64,000 nucleotides of DNA from positions 283,149 to 347,148 of the forward strand of contig NW_019217939.1 of NCBI RefSeq assembly GCF_002571385.2, written 5' to 3'. Below are positions 53,301 to 64,000 of this stretch, piece by piece; position 1 is the first letter of the stretch, and each line of letters opens with the position of its first letter. This DNA comes from Stylophora pistillata (Eukaryota). A program made the position numbers and the translations under genes. The notes under the pieces are model-generated. The model was given only the letters and a program-made list of their open reading frames with translations, was not told where the DNA came from and did not search any database.

Positions 53301-54414
53301 ATAATTTGTCATAATAACTTCATATTCTTATCAGTTCAACTCGTCCACCGTAATAAAGTAATAGCTTTCAATTTGATACCGCCCATGTCTTCGTTTATTT
53401 ACCCCCTGGTTTATCAAGAGAGTTGATATAGTTGTAAATATTCTCTGAACTCAATATAACTCTAAAGAATAGTGCTATTACGAAGCTTGCATCTAGTCAG
53501 TGAGACTGTTACACATACTCACCGATGATGCTTCATTGTCAGCTGAAAATATACAGAACCAACTTGTGTTGTATAATTAAGGTCACCTAAACTTACGTCT
53601 CAGTAGCTTTCATTTTAATGTAACAAGCTGGTATTTCATTAGATGATCTGACATAGCCTGCACGTATTTCTATATATGTCGTCCATTTGGATAGCGAAGA
53701 GCAGACTGCCAAAGATATACAACAGCCTTGTGTAGCATATTATTCAAATTGATGAGAAATTTCAATTCTTTACCAAACGGGGGTTCCAAATAACCCTCCT
53801 CCACGCTTACTGATATTTTATTAAAAGCCCCCTAAGCAATCAAACCAACACGAAAGCGCTGCTCAGTAACTCCCAAAGATTGTTTATTGTGCATCGTATA
53901 AATAAATGATCGCATAAGATAAGGAGAAAAATAAGAAACGAAAAGAAGGACAATTTTCTGCTGCCTGGTATATGTGGGCTGTAGCCTATTGACTAGTTAT
54001 TGTCATGTCCATATTAGTATACATGTTGCTGTACTCGCCACTTTCTTGGAAATTTTTTTCAAGTGAAAAATTTGTACGTGGAAAAATTCTAGCACTGAGT
54101 AAACCTTTGCCTGAGACCTCGCCCATGTATAGGATAAGGAGTCTTTTCAAAACTTTTATTTTCATTTTCAACTTCGGAAATTTAAAGCGGTTAGGTCGTG
54201 AAGGCGACCAACAATGTATATCCTAGAAGGTAGGCCTTCGCAGTTATAAAAGGAATACATCTTTGGTATCACATGCATAGGGATTGAACCAAATTTTCCT
54301 ATGCTAAATGAAGAAATTCAGTTGGTAAGAGCTGGAAATGCTCTCTCACTAAACGTAGCATCGACAGTAATGACCAGTGGAGTATTTGAGAGAAGACGAA
54401 CACGTTGCAGTAAT

Positions 54415-54570
54415 GAAGAGAGATGTTTTTTGTCTTGTCACGAGCGTGAGACAAAGGAAAAATTCTGAGTCCCCATAATGGATCGAACCGTAAACATCTC
54501 GGATTCCCACCTAGCTACCAAGCCTTCATAGTGAACTAGGCTGTTACTACATTTATTGGTGACGCACTGC
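54415..54570 (-). mobile_element. Decayed tRNA-related SINE
   Basis: Minus-strand Pol III B box GGTTCGATCC (54480-54489) next to GGGGACTCAGAATTTTT and a hairpin (TTGTCACGAGCGTGAGACAA). Resembles a common coral SINE from memory. No intact cloverleaf. Confidence 0.55.
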
Positions 54571-57500
54571 AGTGAATGCTAAGAATTTCACTGCTTTTTT
54601 ATTTGATAATCTGCAATGTTGTTTAATGGTGATTGTACCATGATGCGGCAATTTAACAGTTTGTCTGTCGTTACTCAGTTCTTATTGGAATCTTTTGCGC
54701 GCGTTGGACATGCACATAAGCTTATTTCCGTTACATGTAAATGTATTCATCAGGATCGCATACATCCTAACAGGTTTGACTTTAACTTTGACCGGAATTA
54801 TCTTGAACGGAAATGTTTTGTTGATGAAAATACCTGGAATTAATTCGCTTAGTAAAGAGTCTATGATTACCTGTGTTTTTTTTATGTAATTGCTGCTATT
54901 TTTAATTTAAAGTACATTCACAACTGTCCTTCAGCTAGTTCTTAGAGTCCAGTCCTGTACGTGGTTGAAGATTAGGTACTGGAAGAGTGGTTCCAAATAT
55001 CGAGGAAAAAATCGAACAGAGAGGTATATAATTGCCGCTACTTGCTAAAAACTTTTATCAACCTGATTGTTCCACCTTACGTTAAAAATCAAACACTTGT
55101 GATAGGACGGGCTGCAAAAAGGAATTACGTAATGAGTTTCAGTACAGACTTTTGATTTCAGCACAGTCTAACAGGAGTGAATTTCGCGCATTGTTGCCGA
55201 ACCTCAGGCCACTTTATGTAGCATATGACCCTATAGGCATCTAGAAGCCACTTTCTCCTTGAAGGAGAGTGTACGACTCGATAAGTATTCATATGCCACT
55301 TTCTAATTGAAGGACAGCTAGTTCAAACCAGATCATTCGCAGTTCCGCCATTTTGTCAGGCTTCCCGGAAAGGTTGGTGCATGGTAACCTTTTACACTCC
55401 TGTGTCGAGAGAGGCGCTGTAAGCATTATAGTTTGCCAAAAATACAGCGCAGTTATCCATTTTATCGGCTTATTTTATAAAGTGATTTCTTTTCCACTTT
55501 ATTTTCTAAAAAACCTCTCAGCCACGTGCTGGAACGCGCTTAAGTAGTATTATGTGATACTGTAAGATGCTTTAGCTATATAATTATATTTTCATTTTTG
55601 GTATTCTAAGAAATCATAGAAGTGTGAAAAGAAACATAATGGAGTGCATGGTATCTTGGTGTCTTCGTCTCTAGTTTTCTTCGGCTTCATATGATTGCCG
55701 AAAAAGGAGTAAAAGGCTGCAATTTTTGGAGAAGTTGGTCAGTTCCCGTTTTGGTCTAAAAATATTGATGATAGAAAACTATCATTTATGAAAATCATGG
55801 TTGTGAAATTGCGTGTAGCGCTTGGCGGCAAAATCCACCCTGTTAAGGCCTCAAAACCTAGCTCATGCTGGGCTTACTTTCTGATTCGAGACTGCCGCTG
55901 ATTGCAGTTCCGCTGTGACGTTCCCCTTTGTAACCTGAAATCTGCAGCTCAGACATTGATTATTTCATTATATGGCGACTTGTGAGTTGAGACCTAACCA
56001 CAGAAATCTTCAAGTGTTTAAATTAACAGTTAAAGTTCAATAAAGACGAACGTAATCTTGCAATCAATAATAAGATAGCTGTAGCTAAAATTATAATCAA
56101 TAATTCCTAAAATATAATTCCATTTGGAATATTATCGTTAACAAAAAGACAACACAGCCTTTCACAGTTAGCGTATTTGTAGAGGTCGGAATATGTCAGA
56201 CCATGACATATATTAGAAAAATGCTAAGCAGAACTTTTTGTCCAAAGTTCAATATAGTTAAAATTTGCCTTAGGTCAGACGAGGCTAATTCGGCAAAGAG
56301 GGATTAATAGAGGTTATGAGATCTATTTTTTTTGGTTGTAAAATGGATGAAACGAGTCATGAGCTTGTTTGAAAGTCGGAATAGAACAAAGAAAGCACGT
56401 TACGAAACTGCACACCTCCTCCTGTTCTGATTAAAAACTAGTAATTAATTTCCTTTTTTACCGTGGTTCGGTCCTGCTGTAACGGAACTTAGAACTTTTT
56501 TTTTTTTTTAAATTACTGTAAGCAGATGATTCGGGAGAGAGTTAGCTAAAGATCAAAAGAAAGTAGCTTACATAAATGCAAATTGCCTCCAGCGAGAAAG
56601 AAGTTACTAAAATTGACTTTAAAAGATCGAAATGAGATGGTTAAGAATTTGGAAGGTTTACACGTTCTGCCATAATCAAAATTTAAACATGAACAGACCG
56701 AGAGGTCACTATGTTTAAAAATCGGGATGCGAGTGAACTTCATGAATATTTTCCCCCCAAAAAAAATTACAACAATTTTGCATGAGAAAAGGCGAGTTTT
56801 GATAATTTGCTTAGTACCACATGCAAGCTAAGGCCAGCGTTTTTTTCCACTATTAGCGGCACTTCAAAAGTCACCCCCAGACAGTTCTTTTAGTTGTCCC
56901 TGTTTGACAATAACCTGATTAATTGAGATAATGTGATTGATAGAGAATCATTCATTGTCTTGGTTCGTTTACTTAAATAAGCGAAATTACTGAAGATTTT
57001 TTTTGCATGCGGATACACATATGTACATAAGTAATTCACTGACACCGATCCATAGTTGTTCTTTATATATCTTGTGGAACATGTAATCACGTATTACCGG
57101 CTGCACAATACTAGAAGACACGTTAATAATGATTTAGATTTTACCCTAAAACACACGTTTGAAATTACTACAAACAATAAACACCTTTTCCAATTGCGTG
57201 ACCATAATTCGTAATCACATGATAATCAAGCCCCTGGACGAAGACAGCGTATGTTGTCACTGTGCTAAATTTCCAGGAGCGCTAAATAAAACATATTTTT
57301 TGACGATTTAATATACTTAAAAATAAAACGATCTTTATCTGCATTGGCTACGCAAGTATGATGCAGGAAACAGAATCGTCTCAATCCTGATTTAGTTCTG
57401 GTAGCCCATCATGTGGAGGTAAAGAGAAAGATTTTTTTGTTCTTAGTCTAAGAAAATTTGCAATTTTAACAGACGCACTGGACATGCCAAATGATCGCTA

Positions 57501-60500
57501 ACGACAAAGGTCAGACATAAGATTTGTTCTAAAAAATGAAAGAATTTTGAGAGTGCAATCCTACAGATTTACGCCCTGAGGCAGAATATGCGATTTTAGT
57601 TAGACAAGTTTCCGCGATGGGCCGGCGAAAAGTCTTGCCAAAATGAAAACTACAAGTGGATATAACCAGGTTGATATCGTAATTTGATCAAAAGACATCT
57701 TCGCTCCCAGGTGAAATATAAGTATGAAAAGAATTTCCCTAATGCAAAGGAGTTTTTCGGTGGTTTGAATGGTTTACATTTAGAAAGCGAATATCATCCA
57801 AATTTAAAGTTGACTCATTCTTAAGTGCGGTTGGAAAAACTACTTGCAGGATATTATTTCACACAATTCTCTATCGTTGTTAGCGACCAAAACCCATAGT
57901 TCGTCGCAAATTTCCTTAAGGATTTCGGAGAGCGTTAAAACTGGGTCATTCATTAAATTGCTAATAACATTAACGAAATTCGAGATCTTTAAACGGCTAT
58001 TCTAAGTCGAGTCGTCAAAAATCAGTGTAAGTTTCAAACTAAGAGTTTCATTGGAGAACTCTAGAATCAAAAGGACACCGTGCTGTTTAAATAGAGTGGC
58101 AGTCGAAAGGAATTCCGTTATAATTTTTCATATAAAGCTACAAAAAGTCTGTTAATTTAAGCAGTTAGAAAGCGTCGAGAACAGAAGAAATTTTCTGAGA
58201 AGGCAACCGACGTTCGCGTGCAAATACTCACAGATGGAAGTTTTAGGATTGCGTGTTGCTATTTAAACTATTAGAAAATATTTTTTAAATTGCTCGAAGG
58301 TTTAAAAAGTTAATTATAAGTTAGTCTCCGTGACTGCTCTGTCGGAATGCCGTCTTTTTTTCATTCAATAACCGACTCTGGTCGAAACTCTTGAAATGTA
58401 ATGATGCGTGTAGTGTACTCAAGGGGTACTTGGACCAATGAGTCATTATAAGACGCAGGTCTGTTTCGTTTATTTCGGAGGTTCCAGGTGTCTGGGAACA
58501 TTTTGTTTTCCACTTAAGATGACAAGAAACGGTGGGTTTCAATTAATTGTTTTGAAGACATGAATCTTTAGAGGAACAAAAAAGTGCTCTCATGAATCAA
58601 GTAATCGAGTTCAAAATTTATTAGTTATATAACCTACGTTCCATGCACGTGCCTCAGATATTAGAGTAACGCATCAAATACAGTTACGGTTGTTCATATG
58701 AGTATCAAGAAAGATCGGAGGTTTCCATTCCAAGGCACAATATTATATTTTGCGTTTTTCGGCTCTTTTCGCTCGGATTACGGGATTTAGGTCGTTTAGA
58801 AACGATTCGCGTATGTACCACGTCGATCTATTTTAGCACTCCACCCCAACTCACGAAAGCTTTTACACTACACTGGTTAATGAAAGTAGATTCATTCAGT
58901 GTAGTATTGATTGACATTAGTAGAAATAAAGCGCCTCGCAACAATGGCGCCCTCTTTATTGTAACTTTACAAAAATGCATTTACTTGTTCGATATACAAA
59001 GCTTTTACAAAAAAAATCAAAGAGGCGGAAAACCCCGAAGCATTTTATTCATCGAGCGTCTTAAGAAAGCTCGCCCTTCTTAGAATTTAGGAACCTCGGT
59101 ACTTAAGAACTTTCAGGTGTAGGCAAATCCTAGCGCATTAACTGCTGATCGAAGAGATATTTGAACTTAAATGCACCGAATAGCTAGTTCGGTGATATCT
59201 TAAAACTTTTTCCGTACATAAAATCAACAGGAAATCGAAGAAATGGCTAATTTCCGCCTTTCCGAGTAATCATTGAAAAGGGGAATACGTTCACGTACAA
59301 GGTTTAAATCATCTGCTTTGTTCGTAATGAAAAAGATAAACGGGATTCGCGGGCAATGAGCTTACACGCTCTATAAATATCAATCAAAGGCCCCATTCTT
59401 TACCTGTGCACGTAGATATAGCAAAGTCTACACGCTTTTTTCACATCGATTCCGGTATAACGTATCACGTTCTGAAACAAGTGTGAATCACACAACTCTA
59501 ATATTTTAATTGTGAATTGATATCGAAATCAAAACATAACTAAGAAAGTGTTTACAGATTTGCTATGAAAATGTGTCAAGGTTCAATGACTATAACTCTT
59601 AAGATTCAACCAAACAATACACGCACCAATTAGATTCGATAGTTTATTTTTTCTCTTCCCATTGGTTTTTCTTAAAAAGGAACGTGTCGAAAGATCACTT
59701 GGGTATCAACAAAGTTACGAAAATTTCGGCTTCTAAAAGCAAAACTCGTGCTTTATTTTCACCAAAATCCTCCACTTTTAACCCTTTCGATCGTACTATT
59801 GTTTACACGAAAATCAACTTGTAAGAATTTAATTCTTTTTTTACTTGAACGCACGAAACAGTTCAGGCGATCAAAAATCATGAAGCTATAATTTGCATGA
59901 CAAAGCGAACGAGGCAAGCCAGATCATCGAGGAAAGCGATTTTAAAAGGTCATTTCGGCGCTTCAGCGAGACAAACCAAGGTAAAACCCAGCAACTTGTT
60001 TTCGGTTTCAATTAGATCAATTGCTTTGAAACAACTGAAGAGCAGTTCATTTCGACAGGGTGCCATTAATAAAAGACTGATTCATGTGGAATATGTAAAC
60101 ACGTAGCTTGTCCCACCAGCTCCAATGAAAATGTAATTTTTTTTCGCGCGCTCTAAAAGAAGCGCGGGGTTTTTGTTGTAAAATGAGTCTAGGTTTCAAC
60201 AAAGTCATCCGAATCATCTGTTATCCTTTCCTATTCTAATATCGCGTGATATCGACATTGGTGTGGTGAATACTGGCCACGGCAAATTTGAATACATTAG
60301 GTTAGAACGGAGAGCTGTTTGTATTGTATACAAAAGGTGTGACGACAGCTTACGAAACAATGAAATCGCCTAATACAATGTAATTGTCGGCTTTTATATT
60401 ATCGCCTATGTGGCGTTTGGATCAACACCAAAAAGTTTCGAAAACGCGTCGAAACACTTCAGAGTTCGAAACAAGAGGATACTTAACGGATATTCGAAAG

Positions 60501-63500
60501 AGCGAAACTGTAAACCAGGCAAGAGAGCATTGAGTGATTCAATATTCGGACTTCTGAGGTACGTTATAGCGGTTTACTTACAAATTCTCTTATGATTTAT
60601 TAAGTGCCTTAATTTCGCGATCTCTAATTTTCCTTTTTGAACTATAAGCGGTCTCTAACACCTACTCACTAGAAAATATTTAATGACTCGTCCCAGAGGT
60701 TTGAATCCCTCATTCTCAACCTCAGCCGTTTTGGCGAAAAAGTAGTCTATATAATTTTCTTCAAGCGTGTTTATCTTGTAATCAAACATTACGTATTCAA
60801 TATAGAGTACATATTTACAAAGTTTTACCCCATTTTTTCGCTGATATCTTTTCGAAACAATTATACGTGTAGACGCATAACGCAGATATGAAACGAAATT
60901 CATTTGGCGGTATTTTCGGCAAAAGTTAGGCTAAAATATTCCTCCTTGGAAATGTAATTCAGTTTACAAAGTCTTTAACAAGTTGCGACAAGTCACTGAC
61001 AACAGCCGGTCATTTGTTTTGCCAAAGGGGTATTAACACTTCAATGAACAACTGCTATAAGCTCAGAAACAGTTTGCCGATATTTTTGGATTTTGATTTC
61101 CTCAATTGGCAAGTGTCGATCTTGACCAATTGCTAGCTCAAGATTTTGGTTATGAGTAACTGTAAGTAGCCTAGGACTTAATATCAAAATTAACTTAACA
61201 CTCAATTCACCTGCAGCGCGAAAATGTTTCATTACTGCTAAACACATTCGGTTCCTATTCTAGACCGCGCTCTCATTATATCATCATAAACAGGATTAAG
61301 GGTGTAACAACTGTGGCTGTCTAATGTCTTCTTTTATTTTGATGATGAAAAAAGCGAGGAATCCTCCTCGACTTCCAACATAGAAAATTGTTTTGTGAGA
61401 AGGCAGTTAAGCACACATGTGACTGAAGCAAAATAAGCGGGTGGCAATTCGAGGTTAAGGACAACAAGCTGCGACTTACTGTTTTAGTCATTTTGTGGAC
61501 TCGAGATGTATTTTTTTCATTACATACATGAGCTCCAGAAATATCAAACTGTAAGAAGAAAAGCGCACATGTCTTCTTCGAAAAAAAAAACATAATATTT
61601 CTATAGGCCTTTGTCGCACCATCCTTCGGCTTAAAATGTCGCGGAGTGTTAATTACGCAAGCTCTAAGCGAATGCACTTAATTTTCTAGAAGGAAAACAG
61701 TTTTCTTAAACAGTCACTAACGAGATTTTTCGTCTTTCAATTTTGCACTTGCGTGACTTGCTTGAAAAGTTGCATTTATGGTTATAAGTGTGTTACGGGT
61801 GGAAAGTTGTTACCGGTTTGAAAATAACTTACAGGTTAGTATATTTGCAAAGGCCGGTTGCAGTTCTTTAAAGATCGAAAACTTAGGCAAATTCAGCCAA
61901 ATTCAAGCAGTGTTTGTACAGTCACCTAGGGGGAGCGAAAAGTGTAAATTAAACCATTGTTGTCGTGATAATCTATTCCAGCCCGCTCTCGTGAGATACA
62001 TTATTGATGCTTCCATTTTCTTTGCTCATTGGCTTTCTGAGGTGAAAATAGAAAATGTAAGAAGTGGTAACGGCTTCAAATTGCAGGCGGATTTCGGTGT
62101 TTTGGTTCTTTCTTCAATAACGTAATTTGATTCCGTCAGTTACATAACGTTCTTGGTATATATGTATATTTATATACATATATATTTATGTATTTTTAAA
62201 TTATTATCGATTGAGGTAAAAAAACGCACGATCGTTTTCTAACAGTATTTAGCAAATTATTGCGGTTGGTTTTCATTGGGTTGTGTGCAATAGACTTCCC
62301 AAGAATTAATTTTTTTTTAAAGGCTCATGCATTTATTTCAAACGTTTCACGGGAAACATGAATAAATTCTGTCTCCATTCCATACATATAGGCTGCGCTT
62401 CGTTACAGTGCACTTCGCTTGTCAATTTAATGATTTCCGTGCTTGGTTGAACGTTCATTTCGTGATGAGGACCTGTTCTTTTCGCTCGTGTTTGTGTTTA
62501 TACCAGAAAAATTATAGGATCAACGTTTGAATTACAGTTGTTCGCAAACGTCACGACACCAAACAGCTGTGTCAAGCTTGTTAAAAGATCTCTGGTCTGA
62601 AAATTAATAGAAACTCTCTTGTGACTGAAAACAATTATATTTCCTTTCGCCGATCGCAAACGGAGTTTAGTCATGATATATAGGGCTAGGAACTTCCAAA
62701 TGCTCAGTTCTTTACAAGAAATTCAAGACAATAAAACTGTTAATAGAGTCGTGCTTTTCTTTAAGTTAATGTATGTGTGGTATACTGTTCTAAACAATGC
62801 AACATAATTGCGTGGGCAAAAACCAATCATTTAATGTCACGTGCGTTCAATACGGTTACCCGCGAAACGCATAGATAAACTATCACTGCACTAAAGAAAA
62901 GGAGAAGGGAGGGGAGGAGAGAGATCAATGTTAAGGTTTAAAACAATTGTTATGTTTTATATTCAAAAGACGAAATATACTGTCAGTGATGTCGAGTCAA
63001 GGATCTTGGGTTAGCTCACCACTTCGTTTCTCAATTTCTCTCCCCACCCCTCCCCACCTCAAACAAAAGTAAGTTAATCAACACCCGCCGATGCTTAATG
63101 ACACCAAGTAGGACTTGACCGAATGCAAATTATTACAGTTCCATTTTCAAATCGGCGCCTTTGCAAAGTCATTGTCTGCATTGGATTGTGAGTCAAACAT
63201 TAAGGTGTGACTAAAGTAATTGTGCGGGGAAACTTGCTGCCTGGGCGATGAGTGCGGTAATCAATCTTCGGGTTTTATGCCCGATAATTACGAAATTGCA
63301 GTATTTTCAGAAAGCTTCAGAAAATATTATTTCCACACGTCTGCCACATGAGTTATTCATCCTTTAGGTTTCTAGATTTATGCACTTTAAGATCTCTCAT
63401 TATTTCAGAAAAGTGACTTATCAAGGCAAAATTCAATGGGCTATTTCAATGATAATGCACCTTATTGTAGTTTAGCAACGCGCGTAGCAACACAACAATA

Positions 63501-64000
63501 GATAAACCACCCGTTGTGCCAGGAAAGTCTTTACTGAGTAATTTTATGTTTCCTTTCGTTTTCGTCTTAATTTCGTACTTAAGTTTGGTTTGGAATGACC
63601 TTAATTCATAATTAGCCAGTCCGGATAGTGTAAGGTCATTGAAGAGAACTTTTGAACATCTAATTTGGAACCAATGCCATTCGCTAAGGGAATGATTTTG
63701 AAGATCAGTATTAAATTGATTAAATCTCGTTTATGCAGTTTTTGCAGTGCTTTGGATTTCAGTTTGTGGTTTGGATTTGAAAGATGAATACTTACTTATG
63801 GGCAGCGCTGTTGAAACTATTTCTTGTCCTTGAGCTTTTTCAATTGATGATAGACTTTATCATATACCTCTTTAAATGTATCGTGAAGTAGGACCTAGTA
63901 ATAATCGTTAACTGGCTGTGTGTAATTTTTTGAAAGTTGCGGAGCTCTTTTAGTACTTTTCATTTTTTCGATGTTCTTCGAGGGTTTCGATCATCAAGCA

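Noticed and set aside
53520-53555. CCGATGATG...GCTGAAAATAT hammerhead-like string
   Set aside because: The core is mutated, the stems are weak and there is no second copy to support it.

Overview
AT-rich eukaryotic (animal) genomic DNA, most likely from a stony coral, judged by recognition of several short interspersed repeats (not verified by search). The first 24 kb hold four protein-coding genes: (1) a two-exon, divergent Six1/2-class homeobox gene (+, 4484/4727-5283, 8011-8374); (2) an intronless p24/TMED gene resembling TMED7/TMED3 (+, 9783-10400); (3) a four-exon myotrophin/V-1-like ankyrin gene largely invisible in the ORF track (-, 16294-16226, 15871-15758, 14232-14149, 13299-13207; 119 aa); (4) a three-exon DMRT gene with DM domain, DMA domain and an unusual C-terminal C4 zinc ribbon (-, 23708-23381, 23145-23047, 22054-21270; 403 aa). 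The remaining ~40 kb upstream of DMRT has no coding exon I can recognise. It contains MITEs, a SINE relic, an 870-nt assembly gap and a 15-bp match to the DMRT1 binding consensus. Penelope-type repeats with decayed minimal hammerhead motifs lie at ~19.6 kb and ~44.2 kb. There are no prokaryotic features or CRISPR arrays. Most ORFs in the supplied track are spurious.
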